The translations under genes were made by a program, and so were the position numbers. From NCBI RefSeq assembly GCF_964355755.1, contig NC_092670.1, positions 796,201 to 860,200 of the forward strand: a DNA stretch of 64,000 nt, read 5' to 3'. Source of the DNA: Antedon mediterranea (lineage: Eukaryota > Animalia > Echinodermata). This document shows positions 26,601-41,350 of this stretch, piece after piece; the first letter of the stretch is position 1; each line of letters begins with the position of its first letter. A model generated the notes under the pieces. That model saw only the letters and a program-made list of their open reading frames with translations. It was not told the DNA's origin and ran no database searches.

Positions 26601-29600
26601 GACATCACGGTTATTAGCAAAGACTATGCCATATATTAAATAATATCGAATTATTATTGAATCCTGACACGATAAATTACAATGATTGTTTGATACAATT
26701 CGATATGGATAATTGGACAGGAGAAGACCTACACCAAATTAAAATCAGCATGTCGTTGATGGCGACAAACAGACAAATAATTATATTTACGACATAAACA
26801 TGTTGTTGATTTCAAAAAGAAACATAATTTATCAAAACACATCAAAACAAAAACCAGTTTTGGTGACACAAATTGATATGATCAATTCCGTTTACTATTA
26901 TTGATTGTTTTAGAGCAAGTTGCGAGAACTATACACACACAGGAGTGTTTGATTATTTTAATTTCACCTTTTTAAATAGCAATTTGTGTGAAAATGCCTT
27001 TAGATAGTAAACAACGTACAGAGTAACATATCTTGCGGGATTATGTTAGTGAATAATTCTTGGCAAACCTCCAAATATCATGCATTATTTTTTGCTGCGT
27101 GCTTTCTTTAATTCGTTATTCTAATCTGAAAGGCATGTACGTCATTTAACAAGGAACATAATGGGTTCAAATCAATAATTCTATGTTTAAAATAAATGGT
27201 AAACATACTTCAAATAATAATGTTGATGTGTTAACATCACGTCTGTATATGAAATGATGGAAAATTACAATATTTTTATTTATTGGTGGGCCTTAACACA
27301 GCCGCACGGGATGGTAAACAAAATGGTTCAAATTAAAACGCAAAAAAGGTGCATAAAACAAACATGAATCACATTGAAACATAAAATCAATTTCATTAAA
27401 TTAATTAATTAATGAAGTGAAGTTATTTATTTGACATTTACAACAATAACGTTTTAAAGAAGAATCCCTCCTTTTCCATGAAATGAACGAAAATATATTA
27501 CCCTCAAGGGAAAACTATTGGGTCCAGAAGGTGTCCCCTTCTACTGTATTCAATGTTGGTAACCATCCTTTACTCACTTTATAAAATAACATGATCTGAA
27601 TTTAAATTGGTTAAATTTATATATTTTGATTTTTTGGTTATGAAATAATAGTGAAACCAAAGTGTACGGGCGCCATTTTGTAAGATGCTGTAATTGCCTA
27701 CTTAAAACATAATACTCGTCATAATATTATACATTGCAGTATATTGACACATTATACATTGCAGTATATTGACACATTGTACATTGCAGTATATTGACAC
27801 ATTGTACATTGGAGTATATTGACACATTGTGCATTGCAGTATATTGACACATTATGTCAATCTTTTGTTGCATATATCAACCTCGAAATCCATTAATACA
27901 ATAAACAAAATCTCTATTTTTTATATTAAAATATTCTATATATATTCTATATTATATTTAGTTAATTATAGCCTATAGTGGATAATTGTTTAATAATTGT
28001 CAATTAATCTTTTATTAAGTTATTGTAAAGAATAATTAAACCAGTTTTCTTATGGGTAATACATCTTACTCAAAAAGGTCAATTATTAATATTTTCAATA
28101 TAATTGTTCACTATTGTCTTCAATATTGATCATCAACAAGTGCGAGAGATGGACGCGCGCGCGCAGCCACACACACAATCGTGTTTTTTTAATGTCGAGT
28201 TTATTTCGGATACTATAATGGTAAATTAGACTATACAAACAATATCTTGACTCGTATGAACGTAACGGTTATGACAATTAGTTTCATCCAAGCTGTACAC
28301 AGGCAATTTACCACCGTTTTATTTACTCATTAAAAATGTCAGAAAATTTAAACAGACATTGAAATATAAGTAGTTCTTCCAAAATGTTTCACAAATCAAT
28401 CTAATAAATGTTATTGAATAATAATAAGATCACGTGGCTTTCACAAAAGCACTATAACGCGAATCAATTGACTCGGGTCAGCAGCGAAGTCAATGACCAG
28501 ATTTGCTTTGATCTAATTGAGTCATTTTGTGACAAACGTGTAATATGATTAATTAGCCTAACCAGTTTATTTATTAACTATATTGCATCGTATATCCTAT
28601 ATAGTAATATCATACGACGGTACCGTAAGTGTAATGAGTGACATTAATTGGCTAATAGCTTGTTTTCCGCGTATTGGATGCGCGTTTTTATTTCCAAAGG
28701 TATATGGAAATATGAGCGCGCATGCGTATAATCACGCCACATTGGATAAATGAAATATGACATTCATTTATTACAATATTAGTGTTTCTTACTATGCTAA
28801 AACTTTCAACTTTGACCCTGAATTATAATGTTGTAATTCAATTTCTTTATGTTTATCTTTAGGGCGAGCACATGGGAACCGGAATCAAACATTCTTGATC
28901 CAACTCTCATCCGAGATTTAGAAGAAAGGTAAGCTAATCTTTTATGAAATGTTAAATTTCAACATTTTCTAAAGCGAAATGATAGTTTAATAATAATCAG
29001 TAATGGTCGCCTTATCGCTGCTTTAACATAAAACAGAGAAAAAGTTCAAAAAAATAACTCGGTTCTGCACTTTCAAGCTTCACGAAAGCTCACCGGAACA
29101 GAATTCACAGCAGCTCCAGTGAAAATGGTATCCTACTATAATTCCTATCCTATAAAAAAAACGGATTAATTTACATTAACTGAGAACCAACTTTTGTTAA
29201 AGACTAATCAACTGACGAACTCTTTTATAGAATGTGGCAGATAACTTTATGTTTGCGGTTGTCTGGGTTTTACCTAGGTCAGCATTTGTAACTTGTGCAA
29301 TTAGAAATGAGATCAAAAACCACGATGGTAGTATTAAGACATGACGAAACAAAAGCGACTGAGCTGTTCTTGAAGCACGTTTTCATCTCCCAAAGATGTT
29401 AAAAGTGAAGAAATCTGTTGGCACTACGTGAAACTGCAGCAGACGACGGAAGTGTTCTATGCAATCTGAGCGCGTTTTTGGCAGTTATTGTTCACTTAAG
29501 AGCAACAATTTGGCAGATAACCAACTTGCTTTTCTTGTGTTTACTTTATATCATTTTATTATATCATTGTGTATATCGTAATTTCTACGTAATGTATAGG

Positions 29601-32600
29601 CGTACTTAAGCAGGAGTTACCGTGTAAGAGTAGTGGTATCGTAAGTGATTTCTAGTGCAATCGGATGAAACGAAAAAGTGCGTGTAAACACGTTGCTAAA
29701 TTGGTTTTTTTCAGTACGGTACGCGCGCGTAAAAATAGCAAAACCACATCCATGAGATACATTGTATCAACATAGAACATCATACACTGCATTTGTTTAC
29801 GTTTGTCACATACTGTAGAACGAAAGAAGATCGTTTGAGTGGTGAGTCGTGACGTCAGTAATCGATATGTATACCCGCCGGATTGAATAAACGATGTTGA
29901 AAACATCAATCCAAGTGTTACTTGGAATAGATAAAGCGATAGAATTAATTTGTATCAAATTACTCAACAAAAATTGTACTCAAAGACTTTATAAACAAGA
30001 TTCTTAAAACAGTTAATAAATTAAATTCCGACTATAGTTACTTTTTTGCGAATATGTAGTACATAATTCCATGAAAAGACACAAAGTCGATAATAATATA
30101 TTTACACATTCAGATCAACTTTAGCTTTTTTAGTAAACCTATGGCCAGATTTAGATGCACCCATTTCTTTTATTTTATTCCGAAAATGTGGGGACAGACT
30201 ATTAAGAAACTTAAAACATAAGACAGATCTCAGACTTTAGTAAAACACCTCGATAATATTTTGTTTTAACATTTTTGGTAATGTCATCCTTTTATATAAA
30301 AGGTTAATCAAATGATTGTCATCACAATCGCCAGCGGACTTGTCTCTGGTTATAGCAAAATAAGCGATTAATAACCACGTGAATAAATTCTTTTTTTGCC
30401 AAGACAGGACAAATAAACCGGTTAAAATAACGGTTATTTTGGTATAGTTATGTAATTAGGCCTATATTAAAACTTTCGACTGCCTTGAGCGATTTTCACC
30501 GAAATATTTGTTTGTTAAAACTGGCGATATTGGTGGTTCAGTTGTTGTGACGTAATTGTTTGTGATTGTTCAATTGTGGAATGACCGCGGATTTTGAGAT
30601 TAGTTTTAAGAGAAAGATGTTTTACTTAACAAAGCAAGAAAATGGCCAATATTACTCAAATAAAGGAAGATAAACACCAGACCAGACAAAATGTAAGGTT
30701 TACCTTTCCCGTTTGTTGTGTGCCTGTCTTTGGTGATCGGATTTTTAAATTGTGTGGCTTAGCAAAATCTGGTAAAAGATCCTTCATAACGTAACTTAGC
30801 TGGATTTTCAGGTGTTTTTCTGGAGTGATGGTACTTCTACAGAATACCAGTGTAGATTTAGCTGTTGAATTGAAATTGTTCGTAGAGATTTTGGACATAT
30901 AAGAGCCGATACATTTTTAGAGAGTTTTATTTCTGTGCTGATCACATAATCACGGTATAGTAGATTATTACGTGGGTTTATTTTAAGTTCAGAAGGTCTC
31001 CTTCTTCGTGTTTCCATCACTTTTTATTTAGCAAGCTTATCATAAATCTAACAGGGATAGAATGTGATTAACTGAGTGTGGCATTCGAAGGAAATAGGTC
31101 ACTTTACATATAATGGATTAAGACTATAGACGTTGTAGTTATAGACGTCGTCGTTTAAAAATAGCAATATTATGTTAAATTGGGAGCTGATACACTCTTA
31201 AATTGTAGAAAAGTTCACTTGCCTGCTTTGAAAAAATTCAATGTTAAAACATTTTCATGACGTCAAGAATGACGTTTACGATTATGATTCAATTCAATTA
31301 ATTTTTTTACGAAAGTATTTACAGAGTACCGGCACTGCACAGATGATACAACGACGAAATAGGAATTAAATGTCAATTTAAAAAAAGGCAAAACTCAGAA
31401 GCAGATGTTTCATTAATTCATTTTTGGTGATCAGTGATTTTTTCTCCAATTGTGAACCAACATTTACTTTAGTTTTTAACAGGTTGCGGATAAATACAAA
31501 TTTGCTTTTTATTGTTTGCCGACTCGATCTATATTTTACAGAGGTATAACTAGTGTACTATAAATATCATAGACATGACTAGAAAAATAATTTAAATTCC
31601 AAAAGTAGATGCATTAGAGAAATGATTTTCTTTATTAAAATAAATATACCGTAGGCCTACTTTTTCAATATGGTCACTTTTATGTCGCTATACCATGTCT
31701 GAAAATACATGAATGCGGAAGACTGGGTGACTCAAGCCATAAGCCTAATTACTCGTTGATTAGTGTTACAAAAGTGATAGATTAATTATACAATGATTTG
31801 CAACTACCTAATGATTAAATTACGATTTCGTGGAATACTGTTCTGAGCTGGCTAGATAGATGGGTGAATCAAATCTTGATTTTAAATAGAGAAAGTTAGA
31901 CGTGTATCGTGTAGAGCGCAGAAATGTCTTACAGTTTTGGTTAAAAACAAATTAGACGTTCATACACTGTTACACCCTTCTACCAGAAGAGAGGGGACAA
32001 CAGATCTCCTAGCCCGCACGACGAAGGCCCCTAAAAGTAATACTGTATCTTAATACGCCAAACAGAATTTAAATTGCTAGTCTATCTATGGATGATAAAG
32101 GCTGTTGAATTTTGGTGGTATACAATTTTTGGCTGACTCTTGATTTGTTGCCATACATCTAGTAGGCCTACATACTTTGTATAAGCAAGGAAATATCTTG
32201 TATTCGATTGGGAATGAAGACTGTACGTGTTGTTAATTCAAATGTGCGCATGTCCGTGACCTTTGCATCCAAAATTAGCACACAAATGTCACTTCGAGCG
32301 CATCTGAAAGTAGAAGCTGATATTAATTGATGTTTAATTTATAATTATTAATAATATACTATTTTTGTGTGTTACTGATTAGTGTAATCTCTACAAGGTT
32401 GTTCATCAATACCTTTAACAGAAATACTGTGAAGTATTAGTTTCCGTTGTCATGGTTACACTTTATGGATTTCTAAAAATCAATAATCGGATGACATTTA
32501 TTATTTAAATGTAATAGATCCGTCGGTATAAAGACGAAACATGTCTCATTTACATGAATAAGCTAGATATAAATCACGCGTAAACCACGCGTACATACGT

Positions 32601-35600
32601 ATAGGTGACAATGTGTACACATACGACTTGACGCGCGCGTTCAAAATCGGATGAAAATGCGCTTGATATTAATTAACAACGGATAGGCGCGCCAAAAACA
32701 TTTTAAATAGATTTCAGAAGATGATATAAGTTCTATTTATTCAATGTAGTAGGCTTAAGACAACTAAATGTTGATGATCGATGTTTTCAATTTGAGAAAG
32801 TGTTTAATGTGTTATGTATTTCCTTTACAGATTACAGCTTAGTTGGTCTCAGCACAGAAGAGGACGAAAACCAAAGTTAACACATAATAAGGTATTTATA
32901 TATAATATTCATTTCCTGATATTCGTTGTCAATGAATATATAAAAGCTTGCTAATTTCAATACACAGGGAGTTTCTATACATTTTAGAGAAATAACCAAC
33001 CGCTTTTTACTTCAAAATTCTCTAAACCGTTATTACTTGAATTATGTGGTGACAAATCGTAGTGACAACCACAGAGAAACAATATTATTTTACGCGTCTG
33101 TACAAAACTATACTTATCATTATATGGACGCGCACGTGTTTTGTCATTATTTTTTCTGTATCAAATGCCTGTCCTCAATACTTTATTTTTGTTGCTGAAC
33201 ACACGAAGTTGCACTGGTCGACTGCCAATATCAAACCACAATTTTATAACAATAATAATATTTTATGTGCATTACTATCCTTTTACTTAACACAACTGTG
33301 GTTATATAACTAGTTTATTGAAAGAAATTAACCTTTACAATCTAACACGAACAAAGAGCAAGACGATTGTGTAAAAGATGTAATAATCAAAAAAATTCGA
33401 GGAATGAATATCTCTGTAGACATTGTACTAATATTCCATATTCCCTGATTCCCTTTAAGATGTTCCGAGTTAACTTATTAAAGAGCAATAATAAGGAAGG
33501 TTCAGGATATACTATAATTATCAGGAAAGATATCGTGTGCAACCCACACATTTGAGTACGAGTTTCATGATTGGCTATTAATAATATTTTGAATTCGTTT
33601 CAATTGTGGCTTAAAACTGCATCCTCACCCACCCATGTTCAAAGCCGTACTATTTTTGGAAATCTAAAAAATAAACCATAAATCAGCATACAATGGACGG
33701 TATAATAATAGTGGGGTTTAGGCGGGTCCGTAGGATGGTGAGTCAGATGTGCAGGGGAACAAACTGAGGTGAAAAGGCGACAGGAAAATGTGGCTTTGGC
33801 AAATGAACAAGATTAGGCCCACACACAAGTCTTCTGTGAGTACTTTTACTATAGTGCTAGAAGAGATGGAATTGGCAAATAATCATGAAAATAGAAATCT
33901 TTCAAGATTGGCATCGTATAACAATTTTGACAAAGTTTGCGCGTGTCTAGCAGACGATATTGATGTAATTCAGTTATAACCGCCAGAACAATTGAATTAA
34001 TCTAAGCTTACTATAGATTCATTTTAATTAAAATGCATTTAATTTAATTTGTTAACGGGATGGCGATTTATTATTTTAGTTTTAATTTATATCACATTTA
34101 TTATGATTTTGTCTGAAAATTATCGACATCATCCCCATTTGATTAACTAACTAACGAATAAAATGTTAGTCTAAAATGGTCACGAGATTCAGACAGCAGA
34201 TTTTAAACATTTATTTATTGTGACTATAACATTTCTATTCAACTCATGCACAATAAAATTACAATTACAAATATTAGTTATATTATGTATATACAGTACA
34301 GTAATCAAATACGCCTACATATTGATAAATAAAAAGTGGAGATGCTTAGTTGCCAGATTACTCATAATTATTCGACCCTATTTTCATTGTCACTTGTAGG
34401 GCGGTGATCGCCAACACCCGACTTAGTACACTACCATCAATACATAAATAATAGCTTAGGTCCCACAAATATCAATGCAAACTTATTAGTCACGAATATA
34501 TGTTGTTGCTTTTTATTTATTACCCGTTAAATGCAGATTATCGGCATGGAAAATGAAATCACATCATTTAGAACTTTATGAGTTATGTAGATTACAATGC
34601 CTTTTTAACACGGTAACAATTTTCTGGTAATTAAATGCGTGAATATAAATCAAACTCTTTAAGCTTGATTCCGAAGAGACGCAACGTAATGACGTAGACG
34701 CAACGTAATGACGTAGACGCAACGTAATGACGTAGACGCAACGTAATAACGTAGACGCAACGTAAGGACGTAGACGCAATGCAATTGACCAATGACAAGC
34801 GACAGTTCGAATATTATTATTAATTTGACGTATACGCAACGTAATGACGTAGACGCAATGCAAGCAATTTGACCAATGACAAGTGACAGCTGTTGGTGGC
34901 TTGTGATTGGCCAAATCACTTACACGCTGCGCTTATGATGTCCTTGCGTTGCATCTACTAGTTGGAAACAAGCATAGCGGTTATAATGATTAATAGAAAA
35001 AAAAACAATCCTGTTACCCTCTGCATGCAACTATGAATAAATTGCAGTTGATGACAACAATATTACAAGATTCCAATGTAACTAATTCTAATAAACCAAA
35101 ATAACGTTGTAAAGAAATGAATAAACTTAACCATGATATGGATTTGGGCATTCAGGCATTATTGTTGTACCATTATAATAGATTTTGATTCCAACAATAA
35201 CAAGGTCCGTTTGCGAGTATAATTTTCTAGGAAATAGATATGGTGATTACAGGTTAAATGAAATGAATACAAAATAAAACTTATATACCTGTAACAGATC
35301 ACTGTGATGGGAATAATAGCATAATGTACACCCTCAATATAACACTCCATATTAATTACCGATATATCGCAAGTTATCTAGAATTGGATTAAATTCTTAG
35401 AAGTAATCCTTAAATCATGAATACATGAATAAAATACAAACGTTGTTACGCTATGTTATTTGTGGGGAAGGTTTCACAACAATATTAAAGACTATTTTAT
35501 TTGTATTTTGTACCCACTTTTTCCACACATTTAGCTTTTAAACAAGTAGTTACATATTTATGTCTCGTCATGTTGTATTTTGTGAGGGTCCCTAATGATC

Positions 35601-36778
35601 AGCTTCGGCTGGATGGACCAATCTCGTCGTAAAATATTGTTACAACAAAAATAAAATAAAATATTATCTCAAAGTACGCACAATCCAAAATTAATAAAAA
35701 TATATTTGATCAGTTTAAATACTGTGGTGAATTCCGATTTAATGTGTTGATAGTTATTGATTAAAACAAATTATTGATAACATTATGATGTGATATTTAC
35801 ATCCGGGGTTTTGAAAGATACATTTTGTTGGTATCACGTTTTTAGAGAAGTATACATTCCCTCTTTAATTACCCAATTATCATATGATGAATTTCTATCA
35901 TTTAACTACAATACTAAATTTGATTAATAATAATCACTTTAGAGAGATTCGATTGTAGACACATTTGCTGTTTATTTTGTGCTAAAAATAGAAATTACCG
36001 GAAAGTGAAAAACCAATAAATCGCAATATCATTTGAGTTGTCGTTGTCGATAAGCATTAGTTCGTCCCCAACAAATAGTTCAATATGGTTCAAAAGTCAC
36101 CACTCTGATAATGATCAGTATGTACGCAGCTAAATTTCCAAACAGTACTACTAGTAAAAAGTGTGTAAATCATATTTATTCTTGCAGATTTTGGCGAGAG
36201 TAAGAAAATTATCAGATGTAAGTGATCTCGCATCTAGATTTCATTCAAGCAATATCAAGCCACGTAAACTGTCCGTAGAAGAGGTTTACGGAAGTGACGA
36301 CAGTGATTGCGTCATGTCACCTACACTCGGTGACGGTAAATGGGATTCAGATTATTTCTCTGCGGACCACAACGAAAACACAGACCCAATTAATAGGAAC
36401 ATATCGTGCGCAACGACAGACGCAGATGAACAACGCAAACCAAACTACGCAACACCTCTACCGCCAATCGATACCAATTTTCTGTTCAGCGCACCGCTTT
36501 CACCGGATGAGGGCTGCATCACGTCACCAACCAGCACGTATTCATCATCCTCATCAGACGGATATGGTACCAACCAAAGCAATCTACCACACACCGGTAC
36601 CAATAACAATTCAGCTGTCACCCTTAAAATGGGAAAGTTCTCACTTTTGAGGAAATATAGAAACTCATTGGAAGCCGAAAATAGGGTTACGGTGACGAAT
36701 GTTACCGTCGGAGACATTACGGTGGCAATCAAGGAGAGCGTATCAAGTGACGGGTTCTTTAGGGATATGGAAGATTGA
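23633..36778 (+). CDS. CBX: Polycomb-class chromobox protein B, ~276 aa; exons 23633-23701, 26049-26092, 28863-28928, 32831-32891, 36188-36778
   Basis: MELPSLGEQVFVADYIQKRRIRG|RKIEYLVKWKGCSIK|ASTWEPESNILDPTLIRDLEER|LQLSWSQHRRGRKPKLTHNK|ILARVRK... then a Ser-rich region and the C-box NRVTVTNVTVGDITVAIKESVSSDGFFRDMED*. All introns are GT-AG with compatible phases; the first three exons are 69, 44 and 66 nt. Confidence 0.9.
24700..24845. mobile_element. MITE family 1 copy in gene B intron 1
   Basis: TAAAGCTTTTTCTACACTATCAAACTAG ... TTTGATTTGTAGACAGC with the shared family core. Confidence 0.7.
26464..26540. repeat. 23-bp tandem repeat, ~3.3 copies
   Basis: GGTGATACCATGGAGGTATCCAT units. Confidence 0.9.
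27726..27855. repeat. 25-bp minisatellite x5
   Basis: ATT(A/G)TACATTGCAGTATATTGACAC units. Confidence 0.9.
34660..34975. mobile_element. MITE family 2 copy with an internal 19-bp tandem expansion
   Basis: TAAGCTTGATTCC start, (GACGCAACGTAATGACGTA)n, then TTGACCAATGACAAG...CTTGTGATTGGCCAA and the end CTAGTTGGAAACAAGC. Confidence 0.7.
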
Positions 36779-38654
36779 GCGAGGAAAAAGAGGAAGCAAA
36801 AAGTAAACAAAGCATTACAGAAAGTAAAAGACTGACATACACTATGCAAGAAATACGATGTTTGTGAAAGACAAGGACTTGAAGAATTGTTTATAATAAT
36901 TATGTACCTCAATTTGATTTTCAAACGTGTACATAATTTTAGTAAATTGGAAGGTGATAGAGGGCGGTATTAATATAGTTAAAGCAGACGATGTTAAGGA
37001 GAAAAACACCTGTCATGTTCGAGTCGAGTCGAGTCGAGTTTGAATTTTATGAATGGAGATTGAGAGATTAGAATAGTGAAGAACAATCTCGAATAATATT
37101 ATTATACCGTTGTTATTGTTAAATTAGTTTTCATATTTGTTTATGTAAGGCTTATTTAGAAGAATAAATTAGAACACGGATGGGAAATGTAACATAAACC
37201 ACTAATTGCAGAGAAGAATAACAACGGACCTTATGAACAACAATAACACTGGACCCACTGTATCTGTAGTTTGGTTGCACAAGAATAAATAAGATCAACA
37301 TTAGTTTTGTTACTATTAATTGTTTATGTTTATTGGTATAACTTATACTTTAATCTTGTTGTATACGTATTCAATGTTCAACAACACAGAAAAAAAAATA
37401 TCGTTTAAAAATACTGTAATCTATTAAAAGGGAGCTATTGATTTTCGACCACCTCTTGGAGACCTATAGAACTACCAAACAAATATGACGAGAGAGCGAA
37501 AATCCACATCACAACCTCTCCCCGCATGCGCACAATTGACATGAACTAATTTCTAACTAACTTTTGCTCTAGGTCATCGTCGATCGTCGAAAGTTCCCTA
37601 TAATATGACAAGTAATTTATGTTTAGTTTTAAAAATGAAAAAGTAAAAAAATAAATCGCTACTGATATGTTGGTAGTAGGCCTATTCTGTAAAACGCTAA
37701 GCGTGTCGATAAAGGCAGACATTTTGCTGAATATTGAGAATTACTGGTGTTATAAAAGAGGTTTAGATTGGATTCTAACCCCACTCTCAACGTGGTGGAA
37801 ATTTGACAGTGGCAGGCCTACATAGGCCCTAATGATAATATGCTGGTGAAAGATATTTCCACGAGAGCCAAAATTTAAAAAAAAGGTTTACTACTTCTGT
37901 AATTTGGTTTGGATAATGTTTAACTCAAGAAATGTGTACAAATTGTTTTTATTATTTTATTTCTTTATTTGTACTGGTACTGTCACGTGGACAGGCACAG
38001 GCTAAGCATGTAAGGTTCATGATTAAGTCATTCATTAGGCTTGTTTTTTTGTCAAACTTGAAATAAACACTGAAATCAGACCCAGGGGTACTAGTCTGAG
38101 ATATTCGAGCCTACCGTTTTACTAAATAAAATGAAGGGTTAATGGTAATCGACAGAAATAAGAATTAATTTTTTAAAAACTTTTTAATTCATTTTTTCAA
38201 AGGACGAAATTCATGATCAATGAAAGAAAAATAAATATTGAAAAAAAAATAACTGGTGCGTTTATTTTTTATTATTAAAATTTTTTCTTTTTTTCTTATG
38301 TTAGTCCATCCGTCGGCGTCTCGATTTTTGTCTGGAAATTATATACAGTATATGAAACGCAATATGTGCCAAAATATTTATGTTTTTTTGCTCATATTTT
38401 ATTTCTTAGTTTCATAGATCTAGACTAAATATAGACTTTCACGTGACGATATGTTTCTATTAATTTAGGCCTGATATTTTGTTTACGAGATTCGCTTGAC
38501 TGTATTAAACTTTATATACAACACCAGCCATGAAAACCAAACATAGGCCTATATAGGGCCGGTTGTAATATTAGTATGTGATGATTTGGACCAAAAATGT
38601 GATGATATGAATTTGTGTTAGTTCTTACTATGTTTGACAATTTCCGCCTCAAAG

Positions 38655-38870
38655 GTAAATTCCAAGATCTTGATATCAAAATAAAAATCCAACCCAGAAT
38701 CTTGTTGATCAAAGGTAAAAATCTTGATATCAAAAATAAAAATCCAAACCAGAATCTTGATGATCAAAGATAAAATTCTTGATATCAAAAAAAAAAACCT
38801 AAAGTATAGAATGTTGATGATGAAAAACAAGCTTGATGTTCCAAAATAAAATCCCAGTGAAATTCTTGTA
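38655..38870. repeat. Imperfect ~50-bp tandem repeat
   Basis: Recurring TCAAAGGTAAA..TCTTGATATCAAAA..AAAATCC..CCAGAATCTTG. Confidence 0.75.
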
Positions 38871-40367
38871 AACTAAGAGTAAGGTGGAGAGACTTCAGTA
38901 GGTAGGCCAGATCGTCTGATCTTCTTTAAACTTATACGCTGTTTGTTGTTGGTGTTAGACGCATGAGGAGGTGTCGGTAGGATTTCGCCATGGTTAAAAA
39001 ATGCACAGTAAACTATTAATTAATATGCATCTTTATCTATGTCACAGTGGATATTCGTCCGGCATGACGTTAGCCTCATGGAACTCTTATGATGGTGAAA
39101 GGTGTGTCGGATGAATAGCGGTTATATTTGAAACTGATCTAGTACTGCAAATCACGCGTTATTATCCTTCTCTCGCCGCCGCAAAAACACGAATGGAATG
39201 AGACCCACGGCTCAAACGACTCCCGAGCAATAATATTTAAAACTTGGCGCGATCTGAAAAATTTGATTGGGTGAAATAATAAATGCAAATTTTGAGTCCC
39301 ATCTGTGTCGCGGTTCACGTAAATTACTACCGTATATTTACAGGTTAATATTGTGTCTTTACCGCTAACTAATTAACATGGTTCAGATATGCCATGGTTT
39401 CATGCTTAATAAATTCGTTTCAATTTTAATTCAATTTAATTATAGAATTGAAATACATTGAAATTACCATGTATCTATTACAAAACAATCAATTTTTTGT
39501 GGAGAGGTGCGTTTGTTTCAGGAAAAAAGAACAAGGATTTACATTTTTTAATTAGCGACACTTTTTTCCCGCGTCGTCGTCCCACCAGCAGACGACACTC
39601 GTCACAGCAGATGACACCCGTTACAGCAGATCAGACAAACATGACAGTAACAAACAATGTTCTCTTGACTATTTCTTTTAAAGTTTTATTGAACAGAAAG
39701 AGTATCGACATTATCTGCGCACAAAACAAAAAATCGTACTAGCACTTAATAAAGACAATCTGAGATGACACTTTTATACAACAGTAACAAGTTAAGAAGG
39801 GACAATGCTATACTTGACAAAACGTACAGTAGATATTATCAGGAAAGAGTGACATTTCAGTCTTCCCTGATATAACAGTATCGACGCAAGCGCAGTATAG
39901 TAATACTTGTCCCTATGAACGCGAGACGAATGTGAGCCGCCCACAAAGATACTAACATTCACACACTACGTTCCACCAAATAACGAATTGTTGAATGATA
40001 ATGTTGAATTTAAATCATTATATTTACACACCCTGGTGAACCAAAATAAGAATGTTTGATTGTATGTAGGCCTATGCCCTAGGCTTATCAGGTGAGAACA
40101 CATTTACAGTATAAAGAGAAACAACAATTAAAAGAGAGTTACACACAAAAATGCATATTCAACTCGTTCAAAAAATATATACAAGTTCAGTAAATAGGTA
40201 TACAAGCAGCACATATTCATTTTTATAGCACCATGCAATATTAAAATATTTTAAATATGTTTTAATTACTTAACTTATGACCAAGGTATAAAGATACATA
40301 GGAAGTAGGTTTGTATATTACACAAAAGGAGCGATCATTTTACTTCTAATTCTTAGGACACACCTAA

Positions 40368-40510
40368 CACAAGTAATTTGATCAATCAACCGAGACGTGA
40401 CAACCACGAGGGGGAGTCATCTAGACTGCCGATTGTTGTGATTAGTCAAATTACTTAGGTTGCGCGTACGACGTCGCCCTTGCGTTACGCGTCTTGTGGG
40501 AACCAAGCGC
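40368..40510. mobile_element. MITE family 2 copy
   Basis: AAGTAATTTGATCAATCA...TGATTAGTCAAATTACTT...GTGGGAACCAAGC. Confidence 0.6.
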
Positions 40511-41350
40511 GCGTACGAGGAGGCAAAACACGCCTACTATTTTAGTCTAAAATAAATTCGCGGTATTTTCAACAGATAGTTATACAGTACTTTAAAAAAA
40601 GTAAGTTGTAACCTAATTTTTTGCTCATAATTAAATATAAAATTGAAAACATGATCAAATGTTGCGATTCTCGTAATTAATATAGCAATGCTGTAATTTT
40701 AAAAGTATATGTATAAAAACACAATTTGCAGTGAGGTAAAAAGGAGGCTTTTGTAATTACATTTCATAACTAGCAACATTAGCGAAACTAATCTATTTCC
40801 TCTATTATAATTCAAACATACAATTTAAAGACAAACTATAATAAATATATAGGGCTAATAACATATTATTTTAAGTAAAAATTCTTACAAAATTCTATTA
40901 CTGTTTTTTTTTTGTCAAAACGTTTTAACATGACATACAAATATATTGTTTGAATCACCCCTGTACAGTAAAATGTAGTAGTAATACTCTGTCACCAAGA
41001 TCAAAAAGAGACACCATGTAACATGCGCGTTAAAACAATGAGGAAATCAGCACGGCTTTTGTACGCGCGTTATATTTGTGATTCTTCATGCTTTTTTGTC
41101 ACCGAAATTATACAAAATGTCTATTAACCTGTATTATATCATCCATCTTTTCAGGTTTTTCTAAGAGCATGCAATGGGATCACCATACATCAAGATTGTC
41201 ACCCACAGTCTAGTAAACAAATATAACTAGGCTAAATCGCATATGAAATTATCCAACGTTAAAATAGAAATACCCTTTAATATCGCGCGTTCCTTCTTCA
41301 CAATCGAGGGTAATTCACCTTTCACCGTCGGGTGACTGCGCAGTGCTATA

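Noticed and set aside
34576-34919. Repetitive ORFs (LRCVYVITLRLRHYVAST)
   Set aside because: They translate a 19-bp tandem repeat inside a MITE.
36294-36924. Overlapping ORFs 36294-36650 (+) and 36445-36924 (-), and similar ORFs over the last exons of A, C and D
   Set aside because: They are alternate-frame or antisense shadows of real coding exons.
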